From a virus (taxonomy: Duplodnaviria > Caudoviricetes): 43,350 nt of DNA. The stretch spans positions 1 through 43,350 of the IMG/VR virus record IMGVR_UViG_3300025870_001501, one strand, 5' to 3'. Shown piece by piece: positions 28,257 to 37,758 of the stretch (within the stretch, counting starts at the first letter, position 1; each line of letters starts with the position of its first letter). Below the pieces are notes generated by a model. That model saw only the letters and a program-made list of their open reading frames with translations. It searched no databases and was not told where the DNA came from. Both the position numbers and the translations under genes were made by a program.

Positions 28257-29174
28257 TTGTCCGTTTCAATTATGACGACAAAACTATCAACACACACTGA
28301 CACTTCACTGGACTTTCTAAGTTCACTGTTTGAAGCACGTATGACTCGTGACTCACAGGATCATAAAGTTCTTACCTACACAGATTGTGCTGAAAGATTG
28401 TATATCACACTGTTGATACTGCAACTGTTGAATCAATATCCCACATACAGACAACTGGCTTCCAAGTATTCCAAAGACACAAAACATTCAAACTACGATA
28501 GATTCAGAATGTATTCCACAGACCTATACAACTTTGTATATTTTGTGACAGGTGACGAAGAAGCAATGAACAAATTAAAAAATCCAGACAGTGCCAAAGC
28601 AATGAGAAAGAAAAGCAGATTCCCCACAATGGCATTCAATAGATATTTGTCAGCATTACAACAAGGATTGATAGCACCCAGCATCATGCAGGTGTTTTTA
28701 AATATTGAATCAGGACTCAACATACAGAACACAGACTACAAGTCAATCAGAAGAAGTCTATTTCAATTCAGCACACTGTCTACACGTGACAAACAAAATC
28801 TAGTCACAAGACTGCTTCATGCCGCCAGAGCCAAATTGAGAAGTTCAGACAGCATAGAGCATTTGGAAAAATTAGCCTCAGACAGAAATCTTGAAACAGG
28901 CAGAGTGAACGATGCTGAACCAAAAGTGAGTGTGCCAGATGTGAGTACTCAAGGCAAAGACCTTGCACTGTACAGATACATCATGGGTGGCAAAAATCTT
29001 GTGGCAGTGAAACGTTTTATAGATTCAGCACTGTCAGGCAAATCAATACCTTCTGCGATTGTGCAGGCATATCTACCAGCAATTCAACTGATAGATGATA
29101 TTGTGAAAGCAGGCCCTTCTTATGTGAGTGTGCTAAAAGCACTGCAATCTAGAGCCAAAAAGAGCCGTAAATAA
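28257..29174 (+). CDS. hypothetical protein, putative virion component (start uncertain)
   Basis: Long ORF in the late block. Confidence 0.7.
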   Translation: MSVSIMTTKLSTHTDTSLDFLSSLFEARMTRDSQDHKVLTYTDCAERLYITLLILQLLNQYPTYRQLASKYSKDTKHSNYDRFRMYSTDLYNFVYFVTGDEEAMNKLKNPDSAKAMRKKSRFPTMAFNRYLSALQQGLIAPSIMQVFLNIESGLNIQNTDYKSIRRSLFQFSTLSTRDKQNLVTRLLHAARAKLRSSDSIEHLEKLASDRNLETGRVNDAEPKVSVPDVSTQGKDLALYRYIMGGKNLVAVKRFIDSALSGKSIPSAIVQAYLPAIQLIDDIVKAGPSYVSVLKALQSRAKKSRK

Positions 29175-29193
29175 TATAGTATCACACAATTAC

Positions 29194-29271
29194 TACCAAA
29201 ACCTTATAAATAATTGCATATGCACTTCTGAGCGAAGTGTGTGTCATTAAAGAGAAAACAGGAGAAAAACA
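29194..29271 (+). promoter_or_regulatory. late promoter + leader hairpin + RBS (copy 1)
   Basis: TATAAATA 29205-29212; CACTTC-TGAGC-GAAGTG; CAGGAG. Confidence 0.75.
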
Positions 29272-29658
29272 ATGGCAACATTAACAAAAACAAATCCACC
29301 AGTAGCAAACGCAATTGGTGAAATCCGTAACTTCGGAAAAGCAATCACAATGATCGCAATAGATTGGGACATTGATGCAGATGCATCAAGAATCGCAATG
29401 GAAGCCTTACACAACACAATTATGACAAGAGCGACTATCTTAGCCGCAGGTGCAGTGTATGACACAGGAACAAAGCAAGACTTTATTCTTGAAGGTGATT
29501 TCCCAGGAAGTGATTACGTATCAGAAGACGGTACAGTAACAGGTACATTTGCCGCGGCATTAGTAGAAGACATTATCAACTTGGCAACAGTTGATGGCGT
29601 TAACTTTGCGGCAGGCACAGTAGCAGTAACGGAAAAAACAACTTTAAAATTTGCTTAA
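29272..29658 (+). CDS. putative abundant virion structural (decoration-like) protein
   Basis: Ala/Thr/Gly-rich; own promoter and terminator. Confidence 0.7.
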   Translation: MATLTKTNPPVANAIGEIRNFGKAITMIAIDWDIDADASRIAMEALHNTIMTRATILAAGAVYDTGTKQDFILEGDFPGSDYVSEDGTVTGTFAAALVEDIINLATVDGVNFAAGTVAVTEKTTLKFA

Positions 29659-29680
29659 TAGTTAATTTTCAAGTAATATT

Positions 29681-29711
29681 CAAAAGGGCGGCTTTATGTC
29701 GCCCTTTTGTT
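29681..29711 (+). terminator. intrinsic terminator
   Basis: AAAAGGGCGGC-TTTAT-GTCGCCCTTTT. Confidence 0.85.
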
Positions 29712-29730
29712 GCCTTAACCCATTCTTTTT

Positions 29731-29807
29731 TACCAAAACTTTATAAATACTAGCAACATACACTTCGGAGCGAGGTGTGACCATTAATAGAAAACAGGAG
29801 AAATAAA
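29731..29807 (+). promoter_or_regulatory. late promoter + leader hairpin + RBS (copy 2)
   Basis: TATAAATA 29742-29749; CACTTC-GGAGC-GAGGTG; CAGGAG. Confidence 0.75.
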
Positions 29808-30152
29808 ATGGCAACAATAGCAGGATCAAACGGTAAAACAGTAGCAAACGGCGTTGAGTTCTTAACAAAGGACATCGAATTCTACTCTTTCACTGGATAC
29901 ACAGGAGTACACACAAACCCAGAAGCGGCAGATTCAGTATTTCACAAATTAGTGAGAGCAATTGCATCTGAGGCTAACATCGTTGTATTAGGAACACCTT
30001 TAGCAAACGACCTAGTAGTAGGTTTAGAAGGTGGCTATGCAGGTAAAGGTGCAGTAGCGGCGGCGGCTCAATTAGAAGCAGTTGCAGATGCAGGTACTGG
30101 AGTTAACGGTGCAGTAGCGGCAGTTTCTATACAAGGTGATACTTGGGCATAA
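29808..30152 (+). CDS. putative abundant virion structural (decoration-like) protein
   Basis: Ala/Gly/Val-rich; same cassette design as the preceding gene. Confidence 0.7.
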   Translation: MATIAGSNGKTVANGVEFLTKDIEFYSFTGYTGVHTNPEAADSVFHKLVRAIASEANIVVLGTPLANDLVVGLEGGYAGKGAVAAAAQLEAVADAGTGVNGAVAAVSIQGDTWA

Positions 30153-30196
30153 TAAGGTAAGCGAGATAAGACTTCTTATCCTATTAACAAGAATAC

Positions 30197-30231
30197 AAAA
30201 GAGCGTTCAGGAAACTGGACGCTCTTTTTTT
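30197..30231 (+). terminator. intrinsic terminator
   Basis: AAAAGAGCGTTCAG-GAAA-CTGGACGCTC-T7. Confidence 0.9.
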
Positions 30232-30267
30232 ACGACTTATAAGTACGTATGCTAGGAACAACAGCAT

Positions 30268-30672
30268 ATGAGATACAAAATATTATCACTGATAGATATC
30301 ACAAAAACAAAGGTTCGTCGTGGACAATTTGAAGACGTCAAAATTGTAAACCAGTTTAGCAATTACATGGCATTTGAAAATTCGTTGCTGTTGAGATCCA
30401 ATATGAATTCAATATCAACCCCTACATCAGAAATACAAGACATCACCAATTTAAAATTTGGAGACAACTATGTGGGAGAACACATGGTGTGGACAACTGT
30501 GATAGAACCAGACTTTCCTGATGCTGTGAGCATTGACACACTGCAAGAGGATTTTGATTTGGTACCCATGTTGATTGGGTTGAATGAAACTGTCAACATC
30601 AAAACTGGTGTGTTTAGAACCAAAGATTTGGATTATACCAATGTGTTGTTCATTAAACAGTTAGATAATTGA
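30268..30672 (+). CDS. hypothetical protein
   Basis: ORF in the late block. Confidence 0.7.
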   Translation: MRYKILSLIDITKTKVRRGQFEDVKIVNQFSNYMAFENSLLLRSNMNSISTPTSEIQDITNLKFGDNYVGEHMVWTTVIEPDFPDAVSIDTLQEDFDLVPMLIGLNETVNIKTGVFRTKDLDYTNVLFIKQLDN

Positions 30673-30777
30673 GACTAACAAAGAATAAATAAATGTATAA
30701 GGCTTATTGAGACATAAAATACAGGCAACAACTTCCAAGAGAAATAAAATTGATATAATAACCGGAAGAGAGAGAAA

Positions 30778-31011
30778 ATGGCTACAGAGCTAGAGAAACA
30801 AAATTTAGAAGCACACGTTGATTTGTGTGAACAAAGATACAAAAACCTTGAATCTCGTTTGGATAAAATCGAGGAGAAGGTGGAAGATATCCACACAGAC
30901 ATTCAACATGGCAACAAAAGCATGGTGAAAGTGATCATTGGTGCCACAGGCACAATAGTTGCTGGACTGTTATCCACTATTGTTGTGTTATTATTAAAAT
31001 TCCCAGGTTAA
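30778..31011 (+). CDS. coiled-coil protein with C-terminal TM helix (XhlA/holin-like topology)
   Basis: HVDLCEQRY + heptads + hydrophobic tail. Confidence 0.65.
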   Translation: MATELEKQNLEAHVDLCEQRYKNLESRLDKIEEKVEDIHTDIQHGNKSMVKVIIGATGTIVAGLLSTIVVLLLKFPG

Positions 31012-31061
31012 TTCAAACACCCTCCACAACTGCTAAATATTCGTACTAGACAGGGTAAAGC

Positions 31062-31427
31062 ATGAAAATTACAGAAATAATTACAGAATCAGTTGTTCAG
31101 ATTTGGTCACGTACCAAAGCAGGTCAAATGGTTAGAAAGTACAGATGCACAGCAGGACCTAGAAAAGGTCGTGTGGTCAGTTCTCCTTCTGTGTGTACAC
31201 AGCCTAAAAAAATGTCATCAGTGATGTCAATCAAAAAAGCCAAAGCAAGATCTGGATCCACAATGAAAATTAAGAGAACTAGAACAAAGAAAACTGCTGG
31301 AGCAAGTATTAGACTGGGCAAACTGAATAGACCCAGTACATCAAGAAACAGACCAAACAGAAGAAGTGTCAGTAGAAAAACATTCAAAAGAAGTGGTGGC
31401 GGAAAAAGGAAAGCAATCAGCACATGA
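31062..31427 (+). CDS. highly basic putative head-internal protein
   Basis: MKITEIITE N-terminus; K/R-rich; late promoter. Confidence 0.7.
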   Translation: MKITEIITESVVQIWSRTKAGQMVRKYRCTAGPRKGRVVSSPSVCTQPKKMSSVMSIKKAKARSGSTMKIKRTRTKKTAGASIRLGKLNRPSTSRNRPNRRSVSRKTFKRSGGGKRKAIST

Positions 31428-31801
31428 AGATAAAAGATATCACAGAAACGCCGTACCTACAAAAAACACTGAACACATTGGGCAGTCAGCAAAGAACTGG
31501 AGCACCCATACCTCCAAACAAATTACCCAAAGGTCCAATTAAATCAGGATCAGTGAAAGCACCACTGAAACAAACTAACACTCAAGCACAGCAACAGATA
31601 GTGAAGCCAGGTAAAACTGTGCCTATGCCAACAGGAGCAAACAAAGAAACGGATTATGAAGTGGACAAAGTCCAAGGTGATCAAGTCACAATGAAAACCA
31701 AAACTCCGTCAGCTCAATCACCTCAATCAATCACAGTGAATAAAAAAGATTTAGATCCTGTGATCACTAATCTACAACGTAGACAAAAAGCAACACAATA
31801 A
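31424..31801 (+). CDS. putative head-internal protein
   Basis: MKIKDITE; ATGA overlap. Confidence 0.65.
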   Translation: MKIKDITETPYLQKTLNTLGSQQRTGAPIPPNKLPKGPIKSGSVKAPLKQTNTQAQQQIVKPGKTVPMPTGANKETDYEVDKVQGDQVTMKTKTPSAQSPQSITVNKKDLDPVITNLQRRQKATQ

Positions 31802-32016
31802 TGAAAATAAACGAACTTGTACAAGATTTTGTAATTCAAACTTCCAATGAAGAACAACACATATTGGATAAACTAAAAGAAATGACAAATATGGATAATT
31901 TTTTAGAAAGAGAACAAGAAGTGATTCGAAATCTTATTAACAAGAGTTTAGTACGTCGCATTGAACGTGGCAATAAAACATTGGTGGTTGCAAATGGATC
32001 TACAGAAACTATCTAA
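31801..32016 (+). CDS. hypothetical protein
   Basis: MKINEL; TAATG coupling. Confidence 0.7.
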   Translation: MKINELVQDFVIQTSNEEQHILDKLKEMTNMDNFLEREQEVIRNLINKSLVRRIERGNKTLVVANGSTETI

Positions 32017-32419
32017 AAAACTTAAATTATTCATAGACCAACAAGCAGAGCAGATGTGCCTACCCATTCAGCACGGCAACAGTCTGCGTATCAAAAACTT
32101 TGTGGTACGTGAAAACAGCATGGGATTTTTGTTGTACGATATAAAAAACCATAAACAGGTTACCACAACATTCACAAAAACAGCGGCACTGGCTATGGCA
32201 AGGCAGATGTCCCAAAACAAGCAGGACAGTTTACAATACATAGGATCCACAGATGATCGAATACACCACAAATACAATGAATGTGTGTTTTACAAGCACA
32301 CAATAGCCAGAACCGATGATGATATCAAGCGAGAATCTGCTAAAATACGATACGATATTGCATGGGAAGATTTACTCAAGTTAAGAGACACCCTGGACGA
32401 CTACATATTTGATAAATAA
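31994..32419 (+). CDS. hypothetical protein
   Basis: Likely start MDLQKLSKK after GGTGG. Confidence 0.7.
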   Translation: MDLQKLSKKLKLFIDQQAEQMCLPIQHGNSLRIKNFVVRENSMGFLLYDIKNHKQVTTTFTKTAALAMARQMSQNKQDSLQYIGSTDDRIHHKYNECVFYKHTIARTDDDIKRESAKIRYDIAWEDLLKLRDTLDDYIFDK

Positions 32420-32439
32420 ATTAACAAAGGAACACATTA

Positions 32440-33630
32440 ATGAAAATAGAGCAATTTAGACACCAAGCAACAACTGAACAGTTAAACGATAGACTGTCAA
32501 AAGTGTTTGGATCAGCAATCAAACTAGAACAATTCACAGATGCACAGTTAGAAACTGCTCGTGCAAGTGTGTTAGACAAGATTGCAAATCTAGAACAAAA
32601 TGAGTCCTTTGATGGGTTAAGTCACAACGAAGACTACCATAAGCAAAAAATGTTTTTAGACGTAATAGATTCTGCCATCAACGACAGAACAGTAGAAGCA
32701 AAATTACAAAACGATATTTTAGTCCAAGCAGATGAAATAATTGGTGACTACATTGACATGGACAAAGAAGCATTAAAAATGAACAAGCAGGCTGTTATTG
32801 CTGACATAGAAAAAAGACAAGCAACAGCACAAGGTGACGAATCATCTGCTTTACATTATGCAAAACAAAAAGTAGAACAAGATTTCGACGATACTGGAGC
32901 AGAAATTGAAAAATCAAATGAAGGTAATCAATTTGCACAGGCAGTACAAAAAGCCAAAGCGGCAGGCATGAAAGCAGGCGATAAATTCAAAGTAGGCGAT
33001 AAAGAATTTACACTGCAAGATGCAGAAGAATTATTAGCAAACACAATGAACGAAAAATCAAAGCCAGACTTCCTAGACATGGACAAAGATGGTGATAAAA
33101 AAGAACCTATGAAAAAAGCAATCAAAGACAAAAAGACAGCAGTTAAAGAAGGTGCAGAAGAATCTGCTCAATTAGTAATGGCATCCAAAGACATGGTTGA
33201 TAAAGTTACGGGTTGGATGGAAGACACAGCATCTATGCAGACTGAAACTATGTTAGAATTAGCAGACGCTATTAGAGATGAAATGGGCGTGGAACAATCA
33301 GAAGCATTTACAAATTCAGTGAAGCCAAGTTTAGAATCTTTATACACTTCACTTGAAGCAACAAGAGAAGCACTAACAGGTGGCGTAGCCATTCTGACAG
33401 GCGAACAAGCACCAGACACAATTGGTGCGGATAGCGATAGTGAAGAACCAGCAATGGAACCTACAACAGATGATGATGCAGATATGCCAGATCAAACAGA
33501 TGATTTTTCAGCAAGCGAACCTGCAACAGGCGGCGAGGAACCAGCAGACAGAAGTAAAAGAGAATCATTCATTCAGATGTCTAGAAGACTAGCAGAAACA
33601 CTTTCAACAAAGTCAAAAAAAAAGGCTTAA
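32440..33630 (+). CDS. acidic prohead core/scaffold-like protein
   Basis: Helical and acidic; repeated xxE-G/S sites; PDFLDMDKDGD EF-hand-like motif; late promoter. Confidence 0.55.
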   Translation: MKIEQFRHQATTEQLNDRLSKVFGSAIKLEQFTDAQLETARASVLDKIANLEQNESFDGLSHNEDYHKQKMFLDVIDSAINDRTVEAKLQNDILVQADEIIGDYIDMDKEALKMNKQAVIADIEKRQATAQGDESSALHYAKQKVEQDFDDTGAEIEKSNEGNQFAQAVQKAKAAGMKAGDKFKVGDKEFTLQDAEELLANTMNEKSKPDFLDMDKDGDKKEPMKKAIKDKKTAVKEGAEESAQLVMASKDMVDKVTGWMEDTASMQTETMLELADAIRDEMGVEQSEAFTNSVKPSLESLYTSLEATREALTGGVAILTGEQAPDTIGADSDSEEPAMEPTTDDDADMPDQTDDFSASEPATGGEEPADRSKRESFIQMSRRLAETLSTKSKKKA

Positions 33631-33953
33631 TTTCTGAAGCCTCTGACACAGAGTTAATTCAAGTTCTTAGAAATTTAATCAGCAGTGCTGATTCACGTGA
33701 TCAAAAAGCATATTTGAGTTTTGATGCGTTGAACAACATAATGACTAATGTCGGAGGCTTCTCAATCAATCACGACAGTTTTAAAAATCTCTACAATAAA
33801 AGTTCTTCAATCAAAAAAATGATTAAAACTTTCGATAAGTCAGGCATCACTCTTGATACTGATGCTGAAGAACCAAACATTCCCACAAAAAAAGGTGATC
33901 GCTCTGCTGGTTTAAACACAATGGCAAAGAGAGCAACCAAAAAACGCACTTAA
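33615..33953 (+). CDS. hypothetical protein, possibly reached by -1 frameshift from the upstream gene
   Basis: Frame open from 33585, first TTG 33714, first ATG 33741; A9G run at junction. Confidence 0.55.
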   Translation, partial: KKKGLISEASDTELIQVLRNLISSADSRDQKAYLSFDALNNIMTNVGGFSINHDSFKNLYNKSSSIKKMIKTFDKSGITLDTDAEEPNIPTKKGDRSAGLNTMAKRATKKRT

Positions 33954-33991
33954 TACTTGACTTTTCACCAATAGTATTATAATATTAAGAC

Positions 33992-34360
33992 ATGGATAGA
34001 ACCAAAGAACAAATACTTCATGACATCGAATCCGTAATTGAAAAATATATCAAGTCTCAAGTTGAATCTCACGGAGGTCAAGTTGAAGCAAAAGAGTTCG
34101 ATGTTGATACAGGAAAATTAACCATGTTGATGAAAGGTGCCTGTTCAGGTTGTGCAGGTAGTACTGCCACTCTGCAGAAAGGTATAGAGTCAACAATGAA
34201 ACATTATGTGCCTGAAGTAAAACAGGTTGTTGGTGAAGATGATCCTAACAGTACAACTAAACCTTATTACGATTACAATCCATGGGACGGTCCAACACAA
34301 GATGATATGTTAGATGAGTTGGATAGACTGTCTACAGAAAATAACAACAATGAAAATTAA
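33992..34360 (+). CDS. NifU/NfuA C-terminal domain Fe-S carrier
   Basis: SHGG-VE...MKGACSGC...TLQKGIE...VPEV. Confidence 0.9.
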   Translation: MDRTKEQILHDIESVIEKYIKSQVESHGGQVEAKEFDVDTGKLTMLMKGACSGCAGSTATLQKGIESTMKHYVPEVKQVVGEDDPNSTTKPYYDYNPWDGPTQDDMLDELDRLSTENNNNEN

Positions 34361-34934
34361 TTCTGTCTTTAGTAGTTTCATAGCAATTGAAAATATAGAC
34401 ATATCAAACAAAGATGAAGTTATAAGTTGGTCAAAAAAAGAAATAAATCACGATGCCACACCAAACTATAAATCCACAGGCACAAATCATCTTAACGTAG
34501 ATGAACCTGTATTGAAAGAACTTGTACAAAAAATTGAGAATGGTTTTAATAATCTACACAATCAATTAGGATTAAGCAACAATCACAAACAAATAGTTTC
34601 AAGTCTTTGGGCAAATGAAGGCAGTGACAACAGTGCCATTGAAGCACCTCACAGACACGTGGACGGAGTTTTCAGTGCAGTGTACTGGCCCATAGCAGAT
34701 ACTGGGTGTGCTCCACTTACTTTTATAAATCCAAACAATCAAATGAGTTATGTGTTCAAAAGTAATATAATAGAACATATGAATGAATTCAATAGTGACA
34801 GAATAGATGTACAACCGCAACTAAATCAATGTGTGTACTTTCCGTCATGGTTATGGCATTATGTCAGTCATGCGTTGAGTAAAACTAACAACAGAATGAG
34901 TTTCGCATTTAACAGCGAAGCAGTAAGTAAATGA
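34350..34934 (+). CDS. putative 2OG-Fe(II) oxygenase (TIGR02466-like)
   Basis: LWAN...PHRH...FSAVYW...YFPSWLWHYV...RMSFAFN. Confidence 0.85.
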   Translation: MKINSVFSSFIAIENIDISNKDEVISWSKKEINHDATPNYKSTGTNHLNVDEPVLKELVQKIENGFNNLHNQLGLSNNHKQIVSSLWANEGSDNSAIEAPHRHVDGVFSAVYWPIADTGCAPLTFINPNNQMSYVFKSNIIEHMNEFNSDRIDVQPQLNQCVYFPSWLWHYVSHALSKTNNRMSFAFNSEAVSK

Positions 34935-35614
34935 CTTTAATTACAAACAAAATAGATTATAAAAAATTATCAAGAACTTCTTTAAATGGCAAGAGAGTTT
35001 ACCAATGTCCAGACGGCAATGCTGTGGCATCAGTTACCACAATACTAGATGCAACCAAAGACAAATCACATCTTATTGAATGGCGCAAAAGAGTTGGTGA
35101 ACAAAATGCTGTACGTATCACAAAAGAAGCCTCAGGCATTGGAACTAGAATGCACAAATATCTTGAAGATTATATTGAGTTAGGCGATTGGCCCTCTCCA
35201 GGATCTAATCCGTATGCTCAGCAGGCATTTAAAATGGCGCAAGTTGTTCATAAAAATGCATTGGTGGATATGAATGAAATTTGGGGTTCAGAGATTGGAT
35301 TATATTTCCCAAAAATATATGCAGGTACCACAGACTGTGTAGGAGAATACAAAGGAGCACCTTGCATCATTGACTTTAAACAGACAAACAAGCCTAAAAA
35401 ATTAGAATGGATTGAGGATTATTTTTTACAGTTGGTGGCATATGCTGAAGCACACAACGAAACATACGGCACAGACATCAAAGAAGGACATGTATTCATG
35501 TGTGCTAGGGATCTAACGTACCAGCAATTTGATATAACACCCTTAAATTACAGCAAATACAAAGATCAGTGGTGGCGTAGAGTAGAAGAGTACTATATTA
35601 AACACACAGTTTAA
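34931..35614 (+). CDS. PD-(D/E)XK exonuclease
   Basis: SVTTIL, GTRMH, YAGTTD...IIDFKQ, YFLQLVAY. Confidence 0.85.
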   Translation: MTLITNKIDYKKLSRTSLNGKRVYQCPDGNAVASVTTILDATKDKSHLIEWRKRVGEQNAVRITKEASGIGTRMHKYLEDYIELGDWPSPGSNPYAQQAFKMAQVVHKNALVDMNEIWGSEIGLYFPKIYAGTTDCVGEYKGAPCIIDFKQTNKPKKLEWIEDYFLQLVAYAEAHNETYGTDIKEGHVFMCARDLTYQQFDITPLNYSKYKDQWWRRVEEYYIKHTV

Positions 35615-35669
35615 ATCAACATCAATTATACCATCACACTCGATAAATACACACAGCAGGAGAAAAACA

Positions 35670-37280
35670 TTGGCAATTGTATCGATATCAAGAATTCAAA
35701 TACGAAGAGGTAGAAAGAACCTAGGTTCTGGATTACCCCAACTTGCAGGTGGAGAACTTGGTTGGGCAGTGGACACACAAGAACTTTACATAGGTAATGG
35801 TGCTGTGTCTGAAGGTGCACCAGCAGTAGGCAATTCTAAAGTATTAACAGAACACGACAACTTGTTTACATTGAGTGATCAATACACTTACCGTAATGGT
35901 TCAAATATACAAACAGGAGTTACATCAGCAACTCCTATCAAAAGAAGTTTACAAAACAGACTGGATGACAATATTGATGCCAAATCGTTTGGCGCAACAG
36001 GTGATGGATCAACTGATGATACTCTAGCATTACAAAGAGCAATAGATCAACTGTTTCTTCCTTGGAGTAGTTCACCAGATGCAGACACCTACAAAAAAAG
36101 AATTGCATTAAAATTATCTGCAGGCTTATACAAAATTACAAACAGTTTGAAATTGCCACCATATGCTTCAATCATTGGAGATGGTAGTGATAAAACTGTG
36201 ATCAACCAAACAGGTGTATTTCCTGTGTTGGAAACAATTAACGGTGAGGGCATTGCGGCACAAACAACATTAATTAATCAAACAACTAATATTGAATTGA
36301 AAGGTTTAACTTTAAACAGTAATACCACACAGCCCGGATTAAAATTAGCAAGTTGTAAAAACAGTTCATTCACAGACATAAACATTAAAGGTCCGTGGGT
36401 TCAAGCACAAGGAGCCGCATTGGTGGCAACTCAGATTGGTATTTTATTAGAAGCAACATCTACTCCAGTTACATCTAAAGACAACACATTTGAAAAGATC
36501 AAAGTTTCCAATTTTTCATATGCTGTATCAAGTGACGATGATGTTGTACACAACACATTTAATAATTCAATAATTGAAGAATGTGGATACGGAATTGTGT
36601 TTGGTAAAAATACTACTTTAGGTGGAGTTGGTCAAGCCACAGGTCCAATCAACAACACAATAACCAATTCTAAATTTATTGATATCAACTTGCAAGGTAT
36701 CTGGATTAAACACGGAACAGGCAACATCAGTGAAGCAAACAATTTTTCAACAGTTGGTAACGATGCTGGTTTAGATACTGCACCAAAACACAGTGTAATT
36801 AAATTTGAAAAAAATCAAAATATAACTTCAAATGATTTCTTTGCTAGAACTAATGCAATGATACGCAACTTCAATAATATTGCTTATATTACAGAAGTAG
36901 AAGGAGCATACTTGGGTAACTTTAATTTCACAACAAAATTCAATATTGGTCAATTAAATGCATACACTGATTTTTTAAGATTACCTACAGACACTAGCAA
37001 AACAATTCATATGAATTATGTTTATAAAAACACAGTAGACACAGGAATGAGAAAAGGCACTCTTAAAATATTAATAGACAAAGAAAATAATACAAGTCAT
37101 ATCAGTGACGATTATGACTTCCAAGGAACAAATGCAGATCAATTAAACTTTCAAGTGACACTAAATGATCTAGATGCAGATGCTAATTTTGAAACTCTTG
37201 TTGTCCAAGCAATTAATCCTGCTCCAGTCAACGCAGGCGAATCTGCCAATGTCACAATCCAAATTCAAAATATCTCATAA
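35670..37280 (+). CDS. virion fibre/spike-like protein with pectate-lyase-like beta-helix
   Basis: RIQIRRG...LAGGELGW..DT..LYIGNG N-terminus; FGATGDGSTDDTLALQRAI; TTG start with CAGGAG. Confidence 0.75.
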   Translation: MAIVSISRIQIRRGRKNLGSGLPQLAGGELGWAVDTQELYIGNGAVSEGAPAVGNSKVLTEHDNLFTLSDQYTYRNGSNIQTGVTSATPIKRSLQNRLDDNIDAKSFGATGDGSTDDTLALQRAIDQLFLPWSSSPDADTYKKRIALKLSAGLYKITNSLKLPPYASIIGDGSDKTVINQTGVFPVLETINGEGIAAQTTLINQTTNIELKGLTLNSNTTQPGLKLASCKNSSFTDINIKGPWVQAQGAALVATQIGILLEATSTPVTSKDNTFEKIKVSNFSYAVSSDDDVVHNTFNNSIIEECGYGIVFGKNTTLGGVGQATGPINNTITNSKFIDINLQGIWIKHGTGNISEANNFSTVGNDAGLDTAPKHSVIKFEKNQNITSNDFFARTNAMIRNFNNIAYITEVEGAYLGNFNFTTKFNIGQLNAYTDFLRLPTDTSKTIHMNYVYKNTVDTGMRKGTLKILIDKENNTSHISDDYDFQGTNADQLNFQVTLNDLDADANFETLVVQAINPAPVNAGESANVTIQIQNIS

Positions 37281-37731
37281 GCCTAATATTTTTTACGGCA
37301 ACTACATAGAACGCCTAGAAGATTGGCAAAGCATACGGAACTTGGTTAACGAACTACAGGATCCTGTTGATGTGTTGATCAATATATTTCAAAATTGTCC
37401 TAGAACCAAAACCAACACAGATATCTATAAAAAAGACACCTGGCTTACTCCTTGGCAACTGATTGAAAAAAATGAATATGATCTTGTTGACATTTCTCTC
37501 TTAGTCAGTTATACTGTGTTATTAACTGATAATTTTAAAGATGAAAATGTTAAGATACATACAGTTTATAAAAAGGAATTTAAGTCAAACAACCAGAAGT
37601 TTAATTACATATTTGAAATGAAAAACACTCTAATAAACACACACACTATGGCTAAATTAAGCAAATCAGAGTTTGACAAAAACTACATTCTGCAATATAC
37701 TACCCATATACAAGAACCGATAAATACATAG
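37249..37731 (+). CDS. hypothetical protein (start uncertain)
   Basis: ORF between the fibre gene and nrdA. Confidence 0.6.
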   Translation: MSQSKFKISHKPNIFYGNYIERLEDWQSIRNLVNELQDPVDVLINIFQNCPRTKTNTDIYKKDTWLTPWQLIEKNEYDLVDISLLVSYTVLLTDNFKDENVKIHTVYKKEFKSNNQKFNYIFEMKNTLINTHTMAKLSKSEFDKNYILQYTTHIQEPINT

Positions 37732-37758
37732 AATTGAATTAATAAGAATAGGAATATA

